Positions 9,919-20,301 of a stretch of DNA of 64,000 bases are shown here, piece by piece; position 1 is the first letter of the stretch, and every line of letters starts with the position of its first letter. The DNA lies in the NCBI GenBank assembly GCA_938091905.1, contig CALKOM010000046.1, positions 1 through 64,000 on the forward strand, read 5' to 3'. Made by a program: the position numbers and the translations under genes. Source of the DNA: an uncultured Verrucomicrobiales bacterium (GTDB lineage Bacteria > Verrucomicrobiota > Verrucomicrobiia > Verrucomicrobiales > DEV007). The notes under the pieces are model-generated. The model was given only the letters and a program-made list of their open reading frames with translations. It was not told the DNA's origin and ran no database searches.

Positions 9919-11403
9919 ATGCCTGACGCCGTTTCCGACCCACCTTCCCAGGACGCAAGTCCCAATTCTAAGTCTGATAAACCGAGCTTTCAGAAGACGA
10001 AGCAGAAGTCGTTGTCCGAATTGATGGACGATCCTCGGCAAAGTATGCCGAGCAGCCGCGAGACTGAAATTGGCGTGTTGAGTTGTCTCCTCCAGTCGTC
10101 TGATTCGGAGTTGCTTGGAGAGGCTATTGAGAATTTGCCAGGGCCAGATTGCTTCTATGTTCCAGCACACCGGATCATCTTCGAGGGGGTCATGGAAATG
10201 TACAACAAGAGTCAGCCGATTGACCTAATCTCTGTCGTCCAGCTCCTTCAGGATCGGAATCAGTTGGATAAGGTTGGCGGTGCTGCCGCCGTTGCCGAGA
10301 TCTTCTCATACTCGCCCACGGCAGCCCACTTCTCTTACTACCTCCATATCCTGACCCAGAAGTATGTGCTCCGGCGCATCATTCAGACCTGCACGGACTG
10401 TATCACGCAGGCTTACGAGGATCAGGAGAATGTCGATGGCTTGTTAGATGAGGTTGAGCAGCGTATCCTTGCTGTCCGGGAAACACGAAAGGCGAAGGCA
10501 TTCGCCACGATGAAGGATGAGGTCATGAAAGCGATCGCTGAGATCGAAGACATGTACAAGAACAAAGGCAAGACGAGCGGTCTGTCCTCTGGGTTTGCCG
10601 GGCTCGATGAGAAGACCAACGGGATGAAGGGTGGGGAAATGATCGTTATCGCGGCGCGTCCTTCCATGGGAAAGACGGCCTTCGCATTGAATATGGTCGA
10701 AGCGGTTGGCATCGATCAGCAAAAACCGGTGGCTGTCTTCAGTCTCGAGATGCCTACAGCGCAGCTCGTTTTCCGTTTGCTCTGCTCTCGTGCTGGCATC
10801 GAGATGTCGAAATTGAATGGCGGCTTTCTCTCACAGAATCGCGATTTCCCGCTTCTCATGAGTGCCGCGCAGACGTTGGCCAATAGCCCGATCTTCATCG
10901 ATGACTCACCGGGGCTCAGTATTCTTGAGGTGCGATCGAAAGCACGGCGGCTGAAGAAGCAGCACGATATTCAGCTCATCGCAATCGACTACCTGCAGTT
11001 GCTGAAATCGAACTCCAGACGAGCTCAGGACAACCGTCAGCTTGAGATCGCGGAGATTTCTTCGGGCCTCAAAAACATCGCCAAAGAACTGAACATTCCT
11101 GTCATTGTTCTCGCTCAGTTGAATCGCGGTCCCGAAAGTCGTGGTGGCAAACCGAGGTTGAGTGATTTGCGAGAGTCTGGCGCGATTGAGCAGGACGCGG
11201 ACCTGGTGGGGCTCTTGCTTCGGGAGAAATACTACGCTGAAGACGCTGAGGATGCTGAGGAGAAGGCGGGCAAAGCCGTGCTCGATGTGGCTAAGAATCG
11301 TAATGGTCCGACCGGGGAGGTGCCTTTGGTATTCCTCGAACAGAACATGCGATTTGTTGACCGTGCCTTTGAAGAAGGCGAGGATGGCTTCGGCGATCAA
11401 TGA
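9919..11403 (+). CDS. dnaB: Replicative DNA helicase
   Basis: AARPSMGKT, FSLEM, IDYLQL, QLNR..RESGAIEQDAD, AKNRNGPTG; no intein. Confidence 0.97.
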   Translation: MPDAVSDPPSQDASPNSKSDKPSFQKTKQKSLSELMDDPRQSMPSSRETEIGVLSCLLQSSDSELLGEAIENLPGPDCFYVPAHRIIFEGVMEMYNKSQPIDLISVVQLLQDRNQLDKVGGAAAVAEIFSYSPTAAHFSYYLHILTQKYVLRRIIQTCTDCITQAYEDQENVDGLLDEVEQRILAVRETRKAKAFATMKDEVMKAIAEIEDMYKNKGKTSGLSSGFAGLDEKTNGMKGGEMIVIAARPSMGKTAFALNMVEAVGIDQQKPVAVFSLEMPTAQLVFRLLCSRAGIEMSKLNGGFLSQNRDFPLLMSAAQTLANSPIFIDDSPGLSILEVRSKARRLKKQHDIQLIAIDYLQLLKSNSRRAQDNRQLEIAEISSGLKNIAKELNIPVIVLAQLNRGPESRGGKPRLSDLRESGAIEQDADLVGLLLREKYYAEDAEDAEEKAGKAVLDVAKNRNGPTGEVPLVFLEQNMRFVDRAFEEGEDGFGDQ

Positions 11404-11969
11404 ATCCTGACGACTCCCTCTATAAAGATGACAATTTCGAGCCTGACGAACGTCCTGTTCCCAAGGTCTTTCATTCGTTCTATGAAGAGCGGCCGTTTCG
11501 TTGCTGCACCTCGTGCGGTGAGGGGCTAAACGATCTTGAGGACATCTACCAAGTCACCAAGACCTTCCATGGAACGGAGGTCATTTTGGAGTATGCGATG
11601 TGTTCGCCTTGCCAGCAAAACATGCTGAAGGAGCTTTCGGAGGAAAGCGTTGAAAGGCTCGCCAATTTCCAGACGGAGCGTTCGAAAGAGCCGCAGAACA
11701 ATGCGGACACCGAAGACTACAAGTGTGAGTTCTGTCTGCGGTCACGTGAAGACGCCATCGAGAACCAGCTTCATTTCTCCATGGCAGCGATTTGTTTCGC
11801 CTCGGAGATGGTCGAGCGGCCACTTTTCGTCTGTGAAACCTGCATGCTGGAGATCAATGAAAAGATGTCTGAGCAAACCAAGCGTCGTTGGAGAGATTTC
11901 GTCGACACGCACTTTCCAGGTGTCCCTTCAGATGCGCTTCCGGAACCCACGACTGTTCCAGTTTTGTAG
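11400..11969 (+). CDS. Cys-rich hypothetical protein (four CxxC pairs), translationally coupled to dnaB
   Basis: ATGA overlap with the dnaB stop; CTSC, CSPC, CEFC, CETC. Confidence 0.8.
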   Translation: MNPDDSLYKDDNFEPDERPVPKVFHSFYEERPFRCCTSCGEGLNDLEDIYQVTKTFHGTEVILEYAMCSPCQQNMLKELSEESVERLANFQTERSKEPQNNADTEDYKCEFCLRSREDAIENQLHFSMAAICFASEMVERPLFVCETCMLEINEKMSEQTKRRWRDFVDTHFPGVPSDALPEPTTVPVL

Positions 11970-12035
11970 GGCAGTTACATAATTGTCTGCTTTCTAAGCA
12001 CTTTTGGGCTAAAAGGGAGGATAACGGGACTTAAA

Positions 12036-13034
12036 ATGCGAATTAGAAAGATTTTTGAGAATACATTCCTGAAAAGAGATGGACTTTACTTTAACCTGCA
12101 TCATCTTAAGGAATATCCAAGCACATCCCTCCTGAGCCCCTATCCCATAACCTCCCTTGGGATAGGGGCTCTATGGTTTTCTGGGTTTGGACAGGTTTTC
12201 TCGAGGGTATTAGCCTCTGTCTTTTGTTTTGTTTTTGCGGGCTGCGAGAACACGAGCCAGCTTGGGAGCCTCACGGTTGTATCAGAAGGATGGCTTATAA
12301 GACCTGGATCTCCTTCGAAATATCTGAAACGCCAACTGACTCAGGTGGCACCAGACGCCATTTCTGCTGCCGATAAGGAAGTCTTCGCGGCTTACGAGGA
12401 ATCTGGACCAAGTGTCTGGTCGACCAGTTGGACCTCCAAACTAGATTTCACCGGTGTCGCCTGGGATAACGCCAAAGCGGGTACCTTGATTCATCCGCAG
12501 TTCGTCGTTTTTGCAAGTCACTTTGCCCGGCGCAAGGGCGAGTCCCTGACGTTTCATGATCGGGCCGGTCGACCCGTCAAACGTAAGATTGCTCGGAGAG
12601 CGATGATTCATCGCATCAAGGATCCAGACTTTACCGTGGCGATGCTGGATCAGCCGGTGCCACCGACCGTGACTCATTATCCGATCCTACCGGTGGGCCA
12701 TGACTATCGCGTGTTGAATGGGGCTCCATTGCTCGTCACAGACAAGGAGCGCAAAGTGCATCTCTTTCGGATCAATCGAGTTAGCCGAACTGGGTATGAG
12801 CAGATTGGGGCGAGGCCAGCCCTAGGCCATGAATATGGATCGGGGTTAGCTGAGCGTCTAGAGAAAGGCGACTCCGGACACCCGGCTTTCGTCTTGGTAA
12901 ATGGGCGTCTCGTCTTGGCGTCCACGCTGAAAGGGGGAGGTTGGGCGACCACGGGCCCTTTCTTTGGTGGCTCAAAGATCCAGGCTGCCCTTCAGCAGGC
13001 GATCAAGAGGCTGGCAGGCTCAAGTACGGGCTAA
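12036..13034 (+). CDS. Trypsin-like serine protease fold protein, putative lipoprotein (start uncertain)
   Basis: GTLIHPQFVVFASHF (His), PDFTVA (Asp), GDSGHP (Ser); lipobox-like FAGC. Confidence 0.7.
   Translation: MRIRKIFENTFLKRDGLYFNLHHLKEYPSTSLLSPYPITSLGIGALWFSGFGQVFSRVLASVFCFVFAGCENTSQLGSLTVVSEGWLIRPGSPSKYLKRQLTQVAPDAISAADKEVFAAYEESGPSVWSTSWTSKLDFTGVAWDNAKAGTLIHPQFVVFASHFARRKGESLTFHDRAGRPVKRKIARRAMIHRIKDPDFTVAMLDQPVPPTVTHYPILPVGHDYRVLNGAPLLVTDKERKVHLFRINRVSRTGYEQIGARPALGHEYGSGLAERLEKGDSGHPAFVLVNGRLVLASTLKGGGWATTGPFFGGSKIQAALQQAIKRLAGSSTG
12134..12171 (+). terminator. Perfect 14-bp hairpin GAGCCCCTATCCCA-(TAACCTCCCT)-TGGGATAGGGGCTC followed by a T-rich tract
   Basis: Inverted repeat read directly; role as terminator or sRNA is inferred. 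Confidence 0.55.
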
Positions 13035-13235
13035 AATTAAAATGATTGAGTTCGCGTGTAACAAACGGGCAGAAATCTCGCATAATAGAGTTGGGACAGG
13101 GTTGGTAACGGCCTGAGAGGTTTAGATAGGCCCAGGTAGGGTGTCGGTCTGACTGGGGAGGACAGATCGCACTCCGCCTGCGGCGTCCTCGCATTCGAGA
13201 TTGGCCACTTACGGCAAGTTTGTTAAGCCTCTGCC

Positions 13236-15743
13236 ATGAGACCTATCCAATCTCTCCTATTCTTGTTCGCTTCGGCAATCGTCCTCGCGACGGCGGAGGC
13301 CAAGCCCTTTCTTCATCCTCTGTTCTCTGACCATGCCGTCTTGCAACGGGATGGAGACATTCGCATCTGGGGATGGACAACACCAGGGGAGAAGGTACGT
13401 GTCCAAATTGGGCCAGAGCAGCGAGAAGGTACTGCTGGAGCTGACGGACGATGGCTCGTTTCGGTGAAGGCACCGAAGACGGGAGGCCCGTATGAACTTG
13501 AGGTGGATGGCGCAAAGAAAATTCGGCGTAAAAATATTCTCATCGGGGATGTCTGGCTCTGTTCTGGCCAGTCAAACATGGAGTGGAGCGTTGCCAATTC
13601 TAACAATCCTCGTGAGGAAATTGCTAAGGGAAGCCATTCTCAGATTCGTCTATTCACGGTGCCCAAGCAAATCGCGGCCGCCCCTGTGGATTCGATTGAA
13701 TCGGCTTGGCAGGAATGCCAGCCGGAAACAGTGAAGAATTTCTCGGCGGTTGGTTATTACTTTGGGAGAGCGCTTCGTGAGCATGATGCCAAGGTGCCTA
13801 TTGGGTTGGTCCATTCTTCCTGGGGAGGCACCATTGCTGAGGCTTGGACCAGTGGGGATTCTCTGATGGCACTGCCAGATTTCCAAGATGCGGTGAGTGA
13901 TGTCAAGGCCTGGGCTAGAGAGGACTCCGCGAACACGCCGGAAGCACGTGAATCCAAGTATCAGGAGAAACTTGCGAAGTGGTGGAAGGACAATGACACG
14001 GAAGGCGCGGCCAAGGCACAAGAGGAATACGATTCTTCTGCCTGGCCGGTCATGGCTGTTCCTGGTAACTGGGAGGATAGTGTGTTGCCTGATTTCGATG
14101 GGCTCGTGTGGTTTCGCAAAGTCGTGACTTTGCCTGACTCGTGGGTGGGAAAAGATTTAGAGCTTTCTTTGGGGGCCATCGATGACGATGACGTGACCTA
14201 TGTGAACGGTGTCGAAGTCGGTAGTGTTTCGGGGTGGAATCAGAAGCGCTTCTACAAGGTTGCTGCAGAGCATTGGCAATCTGGTGATAATCTCATTGCG
14301 GTGCGGGTCCTTGATACCTCTGGTGGAGGTGGTTTTCATGGGGAGGCCTCTGGAATGCGCCTCAAGCCAATCACGCGTGTGCAGGAGCCGCCGATTGTCC
14401 TGGCTGGTTACTGGGAGTATGAAGTGTGCAAACCTTTCAGCGAGATGACACCACGTCCGAATCGGTTTGGCGGAAATCCTAACGTGACCACGGTGCTCTA
14501 CAACGGCATGATTGCACCTCTCGTGCCGATGACGATCAAAGGGGCGATTTGGTACCAAGGCGAGTCCAACGCGAATCGCCCGACGCAGTATCGAACCTTA
14601 CTTCCTACCATGATCACGGATTGGCGGAAGCAATTTGATGTTGGGAACTTCCCGTTTCATATCGTTCAGCTTGCGAATTTCATGACGCGCGAGACCTCGC
14701 CACAGGAATCGACCTGGGCCGCCTTGCGCGAAGCGCAGGCGTTGACGGCACAACACGATCCAAACGTTGGTTTGGCTGTCGCGATTGATATTGGCGAGGC
14801 GGGCGACATTCATCCGCGTAATAAACAAGATGTGGGCAAGCGTCTCGCCATGGCGGAGCGTGGGCTGTCTGGACCGGTGTATCGCGCGATGGAGGTCAAG
14901 GGTTCCGCTGTTCGCTTAAAGTTCGATCATGGACAAGGACTGACGTCGAACGGCAAGCTTCATGGTTTTGCGATTGCGAGTAGTGATAAGAAATACGTCT
15001 GGGCAAATGCAGAGATCCAAGGGGAGGATGTTATCGTAACGGCCCCTCAGGTTCGGCAACCGATTGCGGTGCGTTATGGATGGGGGAACAATCCGAAGTG
15101 CACTCTCTATAATGGTAAGGGCTTGCCTGCAGTGCCGTTTCGCACCGACGTGGAAGCCGCGACTGTGCAACGAGGCTATACAAATCTATTCGACGGCAGC
15201 TCACTAAGCGGCTGGAAACAAATCAACGGGACCGCCAAATATGAAGTGAAGGATGGCACCATTGTGGGAACGACCGCCAAAGGAAGCCCAAATTCATTTC
15301 TCTGCACTGAGAAGGAATATGGCGATTTCGAGTTGCAGTTTGAGGTCAAGCTGATTGATGGTCAGCTCAATTCAGGTTGTCAGATTCGAAGCCAGAGCCT
15401 CCCTGATTACAAAGGTGGTCGAGTTCATGGTTACCAGGTGGAGATCGCGACTAATGGAACGGCCGGCTATATCTATGATGAAGCTCGGCGGGGTTGGTTG
15501 AGTGAGGATCGTTCTAACGCTGAAGCCAAGGATGCCTTTAAGCACGGTGCTTGGAATCACTATCGCATTCTCTGTATGGGGGATAGAATGCAGACCTGGG
15601 TCAACCAAGTGCCGGTTGGTAATGTCACTGATACGATGACGCCAAGCGGCTTCATCGGCCTCCAGGTTCACTCAGTGAAAGGGGACCCACAGTGGCAAGT
15701 TGCCTGGAGAAATCTATGGCTTCGGGAGATTTCTAAGCGCTAA
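13236..15743 (+). CDS. Sialate O-acetylesterase (SASA) with inserted beta-galactosidase-type jelly-roll and C-terminal DUF1080
   Basis: GDVWLCSGQSNM, WYQGESNA, DIHPRNK; tail LFDGSSLSGW..NSG..WNHY..GFIGLQVH. Confidence 0.9.
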   Translation: MRPIQSLLFLFASAIVLATAEAKPFLHPLFSDHAVLQRDGDIRIWGWTTPGEKVRVQIGPEQREGTAGADGRWLVSVKAPKTGGPYELEVDGAKKIRRKNILIGDVWLCSGQSNMEWSVANSNNPREEIAKGSHSQIRLFTVPKQIAAAPVDSIESAWQECQPETVKNFSAVGYYFGRALREHDAKVPIGLVHSSWGGTIAEAWTSGDSLMALPDFQDAVSDVKAWAREDSANTPEARESKYQEKLAKWWKDNDTEGAAKAQEEYDSSAWPVMAVPGNWEDSVLPDFDGLVWFRKVVTLPDSWVGKDLELSLGAIDDDDVTYVNGVEVGSVSGWNQKRFYKVAAEHWQSGDNLIAVRVLDTSGGGGFHGEASGMRLKPITRVQEPPIVLAGYWEYEVCKPFSEMTPRPNRFGGNPNVTTVLYNGMIAPLVPMTIKGAIWYQGESNANRPTQYRTLLPTMITDWRKQFDVGNFPFHIVQLANFMTRETSPQESTWAALREAQALTAQHDPNVGLAVAIDIGEAGDIHPRNKQDVGKRLAMAERGLSGPVYRAMEVKGSAVRLKFDHGQGLTSNGKLHGFAIASSDKKYVWANAEIQGEDVIVTAPQVRQPIAVRYGWGNNPKCTLYNGKGLPAVPFRTDVEAATVQRGYTNLFDGSSLSGWKQINGTAKYEVKDGTIVGTTAKGSPNSFLCTEKEYGDFELQFEVKLIDGQLNSGCQIRSQSLPDYKGGRVHGYQVEIATNGTAGYIYDEARRGWLSEDRSNAEAKDAFKHGAWNHYRILCMGDRMQTWVNQVPVGNVTDTMTPSGFIGLQVHSVKGDPQWQVAWRNLWLREISKR

Positions 15744-16229
15744 GTAAGAAACGAATTTCCTAGGGGAGGGCACGTGCCAAGAGTTCCTCCCATGGAGATG
15801 AGAAGCACGGCTTTACTGGTGAAGGTGTTCTTACTACGGTGGCAGGCCTTTTCTGTCGCTATGGAGCGGGTCGCCACTGCCACGAATATTATTGAAGTGG
15901 TAGGGGTTGTGGAGAAACATCACGTCCTTTCACCGAGGCGTCAGGAGATGGCATTGGCAGCCGTGCGTGAGATCTATGGGGTGGGCAGCCTCTCGGTGTG
16001 CAGGCTTTTACGCCGCAGACTCATGCTCTCTTGAGCCAGGAGATCTCAAAGTTGACTACCCTCGAAGAGATCTCAGATTTTGTAAGAAAAGCGTTAAAGT
16101 AAAGGAAGAGAGCGGTTACTTATGATCAAGTGAGTTCTGCAGTCTTGGCGGTGAACAGTAGCAAGGCGAGTCTCTCCCCTGTCCGGATACGAAGGGGCCA
16201 TGTTGGAAATGATGTCGCCGTGCAGATGG

Positions 16230-17107
16230 GGGAGGATAGCTATGTTGGGATTGGTGTTCAATTGTTCCATTGGTAAAGATGGCTTCATGTCCGTGCCAAA
16301 AGTGTTCCCACGTGGCCCAAGCGTACCGTGCGGGATTGAGGGGCGGTGATACTGTCCTATCGATTGATGGGGATTCGACGGAAGGCATGGAGATGCCAGA
16401 AAGAATCAAGCGGCTTCGCGGTCAGGATGGCGTCGAGGTCACGCTAGAGGCTCCGAAGCGAGGTACTGTCACGGTGGTCGAATTCATCGCTTTGGACGAG
16501 AAAGAGTCTACACCGACGGAGGCCCAACGTGGTGAGGAACTGTTTCATGACGTGACCTTATGGGCATAGCTCAGGGGGGGGGCTAGCGGATACCTTATCC
16601 GATAGACACCATGGCCCACCGAAATGCATCCTCTCATTTCGCGGAGTTTCTGGCACGGCACCAATGGGATGGACAGGGGAAGCCGAGCGGCTCGAATTTC
16701 AGAACCGGAAGTCCGTCGAAACGACTATGCATGACCGCCGGGCTTTCACAGACCAGGAAACTAACGATTTAGCTACTTTTCTAAGATCCTTGTCACCGAT
16801 TCCAGTGAAACGAATCGACGACCCGACCATTTTAAAGGGTGCGCAAATTTTCGAGCGTCTCGATTGCGTGAGTTGTCACTGTTCGCCTCTGTGTGCGACC
16901 TCGAGAGCATACGAAATAGGATTCATGGACGAACGGGGTGACGGGCCGTTCAATCCGCCATCGCTTCGCGGTGTCAAATACCGTTCGAGCCTATTGCTCG
17001 ATGGCCGCGCAAGCTCGTTTGAGGACTTCTCCGTCATTCACGAGCATCAGCTACAAGAGGAGCTGCATTCACGTGATCTGGTGGAGCTGCTAGCCCTCCT
17101 TTGGTGA
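16230..17107 (+). pseudogene. Degraded remnants: S41-peptidase-type PDZ segment joined to a cytochrome c peroxidase-like C-terminus
   Basis: YVGIGV, AYRAGLRGGDTVLSIDG..RLRGQDGVEVTL, then RGEELFHD, GAQIF..CVSCH, FNPPSLRGV..LLDGRA, with stops and frameshifts. Confidence 0.6.
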
Positions 17108-17114
17108 CTCTAGG

Positions 17115-18023
17115 CTAGACGTCGCAAATGCGAACGCCTTGATTGAGGGAGTCGATCTTGTCTTCGCGCTTCGGAATAAATTCTTGTGCTACAAATCCTT
17201 TGAAGCCTGTCGCAACCACAGCCTGCATGATTGCGGGGTAGTTGAGTTCTTGGCTATCGTCGATCTCATTGCGACCTGGAACACCACCAGTATGGTAGTG
17301 CGAGAAGTAAGGGTGGCTCGCGCGGATCGTGGCGATGACGTCGCCCTCCATGATCTGCATGTGATAAATGTCGTAAAGCAGTTTGAAGTTGTCTGAGCCA
17401 ATCGCTTTGCAGAGCTCAACACCCCAAGCGCTTTTGTCGCACTGATAGTCTGGATGGTTAACTTTGCTATTGAGCAATTCCATCGAGATGGTTACGTTCT
17501 TGGCCTCAGCGTGTTTCATGATACGCTTGAGCCCTTTGGCACAATTCTCAATGCCAAGTTCATCCGCTAAGCCGTCACGGTTGCCTGAGAAACAGATCAG
17601 GTTGACGAGACCAACAGCTGCTACGGCATCGATCTGTGCGGTGTAAGCTTCGACTAACTTGTCGTGGTGCTCCACGCGGTTCCAAGCGCGTTCAATGCCT
17701 CCTAACTTCTTGCCACCGAGCCCCTCGATAGTGGGGTTGCTGACCATAGCGCACGTTAGGCCGTGTTTCTTCAAGACTTTCATGTCGCTCGGTTGCATGA
17801 GATCGACAGATGTCAGTCCTATCTCCTTTCCCGCCACGCAGAAGTCTTCTAAATCAATCTTAGGATAGCACCACTTGCAGACAGAATGATTGACTCGGCC
17901 TTTCAGGCCACCGCGTTCTTCCGCAGCATTCAGTCGATGATGTAAGCTGGCAGCAGTTGTTGCGATGGCTGCCGTGGCTGTGGATTTCCCAATGAATGAG
18001 CGACGGGATAGAGGAGATGTCAT
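17115..18023 (-). CDS. Tat-exported hydroxypyruvate isomerase-family TIM barrel protein
   Basis: SRRSFI; ELLNSKVNHPDY, LYDIYHMQIMEGD, HYHTGGVPGRNE. Confidence 0.92.
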   Translation of the reverse strand: MTSPLSRRSFIGKSTATAAIATTAASLHHRLNAAEERGGLKGRVNHSVCKWCYPKIDLEDFCVAGKEIGLTSVDLMQPSDMKVLKKHGLTCAMVSNPTIEGLGGKKLGGIERAWNRVEHHDKLVEAYTAQIDAVAAVGLVNLICFSGNRDGLADELGIENCAKGLKRIMKHAEAKNVTISMELLNSKVNHPDYQCDKSAWGVELCKAIGSDNFKLLYDIYHMQIMEGDVIATIRASHPYFSHYHTGGVPGRNEIDDSQELNYPAIMQAVVATGFKGFVAQEFIPKREDKIDSLNQGVRICDV

Positions 18024-18133
18024 GGAAGTATTCTACACACGGACAGTGGTGGTCAAGGCGCGAATCATGCGGCCCTAGGTTGCCGTGTCCGATCATGCTT
18101 GATCCGGCGAAAGAACGGGCGTTTTATGGAACC

Positions 18134-19597
18134 ATGATGTTCTCCAGATTTCTCGTCCCGGTCGTATTAACGCCGTTTCTTCTCGGCTCCATTCTCGTAG
18201 CTGCGGATGACACAGGTCCGGATTTATCGAAGATGAAAGTTCAAGATATCTTTGGCCAGTATTGTGCGAACTGCCATGGGAAAAAGTTTGAGGGTGGTCA
18301 AGGCGGTTCGCTTGTTGATGGCGAATGGAAACATGGAGGTAGCGATGAAGATCTTTTCCGATCGATTGCCAAGGGTAATCTCGAGTTGGGAATGACGCCT
18401 TGGGAAGGTATCCTATCACACGATCAGATCCGAGCGATGGTCATCTTCATTCGAGAGAAGGAGAAAGAGACGAAAGTAAAGGGTATGAACTTTCCGGTAC
18501 CTGAGCCTGGCAAGGTCACAAAGACGAAGCACCACAACTATATCTTTGAAATGGTTGTGGAGAAAGGACTAGAGAATCCTTGGGCGTTGGCGTTCTTGCC
18601 TGATGGACGAAAACTGGTAACCGAGAAGGCGGGTGGTATTCGCATCATTGAAGCTGATGGGACTCTTAATCCCAAGCCGGTTGCAGGAACACCTGAGGTC
18701 ATTCTCCATGGTCAAGGGGGAATGCTAGAAGTGGCTCCACATCCGGACTACGCTAGCAATGGCTGGATCTACCTGGGCTTTTCAGATGGCTGGCGCGAGG
18801 AGATCGCTGGAAAGAAGAAGCCTAAGATTCATACGCAGACAGCTGTCGTAAGAGGACGTATCAAGGATCACGCGTGGGTTGATCAGGAATGGATCTACAA
18901 AGCAGATAAGGCTCACTACACGAGTTCTGGAGCGCACTTCGGAACGCGATTTGTGTTAGATCAAGGCTATCTCTACTTCATCATTGGCGAACGGGGAGGG
19001 CTTGAAATTGCGCAAGATCTCAACAATCCTGCCGGGAAGATCTTCCGCGTGCATGACGATGGTCGTGTGCCCAAGGACAATCCGTTTGTCGGTCAAGAAG
19101 GTGCCTTGCCCGAGATCTGGTCGTATGGCCATCGCAATCCGCAGGGCTTGGACATCGACTCGCGCGACGGGCAGCTCTATGATTCCGAACATGGTCCTCG
19201 TGGAGGTGATGAGTTGAACCTTATTCGGCGAGGAGCGAACTATGGATGGCCATTGATTACCTATGGCATGAACTACAATGGCACGCCGATGACTTCAGAG
19301 ACCCATCGCAAAGGTATGGACCAACCGGTAACCTATTGGACGCCCTCCATCGCGACATGTGGTCTGAGTTTCTACCGAGGAGATCGGTTTTCCAAATGGA
19401 AGAATGACCTATTTGTCGGAGCGTTGAAGCAGAAGGAAGTCAGGCGTTTACGTTTGATCGACCAAGAAGTGGTGGAGCAGGAAATAATTCTCAAAGATTA
19501 CGGGCGTGTTCGTGATGTGACCGATGCTCCTGATGGCTATCTCTATGTCATTCTCAATGATCCTGATTGTATTGTTAGATTGACTCCCCAAGATTAG
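18134..19597 (+). CDS. PQQ-dependent sugar dehydrogenase (GSDH family) with N-terminal cytochrome c
   Basis: CANCH haem motif; GQGGML, WSYGHRNPQG, EHGPRGGDELN, NYGWP, GRVRDV. Confidence 0.92.
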   Translation: MMFSRFLVPVVLTPFLLGSILVAADDTGPDLSKMKVQDIFGQYCANCHGKKFEGGQGGSLVDGEWKHGGSDEDLFRSIAKGNLELGMTPWEGILSHDQIRAMVIFIREKEKETKVKGMNFPVPEPGKVTKTKHHNYIFEMVVEKGLENPWALAFLPDGRKLVTEKAGGIRIIEADGTLNPKPVAGTPEVILHGQGGMLEVAPHPDYASNGWIYLGFSDGWREEIAGKKKPKIHTQTAVVRGRIKDHAWVDQEWIYKADKAHYTSSGAHFGTRFVLDQGYLYFIIGERGGLEIAQDLNNPAGKIFRVHDDGRVPKDNPFVGQEGALPEIWSYGHRNPQGLDIDSRDGQLYDSEHGPRGGDELNLIRRGANYGWPLITYGMNYNGTPMTSETHRKGMDQPVTYWTPSIATCGLSFYRGDRFSKWKNDLFVGALKQKEVRRLRLIDQEVVEQEIILKDYGRVRDVTDAPDGYLYVILNDPDCIVRLTPQD

Positions 19598-19608
19598 AAA
19601 ATGAACCC

Positions 19609-20235
19609 GTGAACAAGTCGGACGGGCCATCGTCGAAACGCTCGATCACGACAGCGACCAAGATCACCATAGGAAGGCTCCTGCTGATCCCTGTCTTTGT
19701 GGGATTTGCAGTTTACTATGGTCAGACGGTGAGCGAAGGTACGCCGGTCGAATTGTATCGATGGCTTGCCGTTGCCACGTTTATTTTGGCGTCAGTGAGC
19801 GACGCCCTGGATGGGTATATTGCTAGAAATTTCAACCAGCATAGTCGTCTGGGCAAGATCTTGGATCCGGCTGCAGATAAAGGACTCATGCTGGCGGCCG
19901 TGATTACTTTAACGTTCTCATCTTGGCCCGGCGGTTTGCCGCTCTGGCTGACAACGATTATCATCAGCAGAGACGTGCTTTTGATCTTGGGGGCTCTTCT
20001 TCTGAATCATGTGGCGGGTCACGTTAGGATTCGCGCCCATTGGACAGGCAAAGTGGCTACTTGCTTCCAGATGGTACTTCTGGCTTGGGTGATGCTGCAA
20101 TTTCCGGAGGGTGTTCTCAAGCAGGTCATCTTAGCGATAGCTGGCACGTTCACGTTTCTATCGGCCGTTCTCTACGTGACTGATGGAATCCATCAGGCGC
20201 AGGCCTCCGGGCATGGAGAAGCCGAGAACGATTAG
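19609..20235 (+). CDS. CDP-alcohol phosphatidyltransferase (PgsA-like)
   Basis: SDALDGYIAR..SRLGKILDPAADK. Confidence 0.9.
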   Translation: MNKSDGPSSKRSITTATKITIGRLLLIPVFVGFAVYYGQTVSEGTPVELYRWLAVATFILASVSDALDGYIARNFNQHSRLGKILDPAADKGLMLAAVITLTFSSWPGGLPLWLTTIIISRDVLLILGALLLNHVAGHVRIRAHWTGKVATCFQMVLLAWVMLQFPEGVLKQVILAIAGTFTFLSAVLYVTDGIHQAQASGHGEAEND

Positions 20236-20301
20236 GAAGCGCGTCGTAGCTTTGATAGAATGGCAGTTCGGGGTTGGCCTTACACTCGCATCAAGCAGGT
20301 A

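Noticed and set aside
9919..11403. Intein in DnaB
   Set aside because: Normal length with contiguous helicase motifs.
13080..13200. TPP riboswitch (CTGAGA present)
   Set aside because: Other conserved TPP elements were not found and the downstream gene is unrelated.
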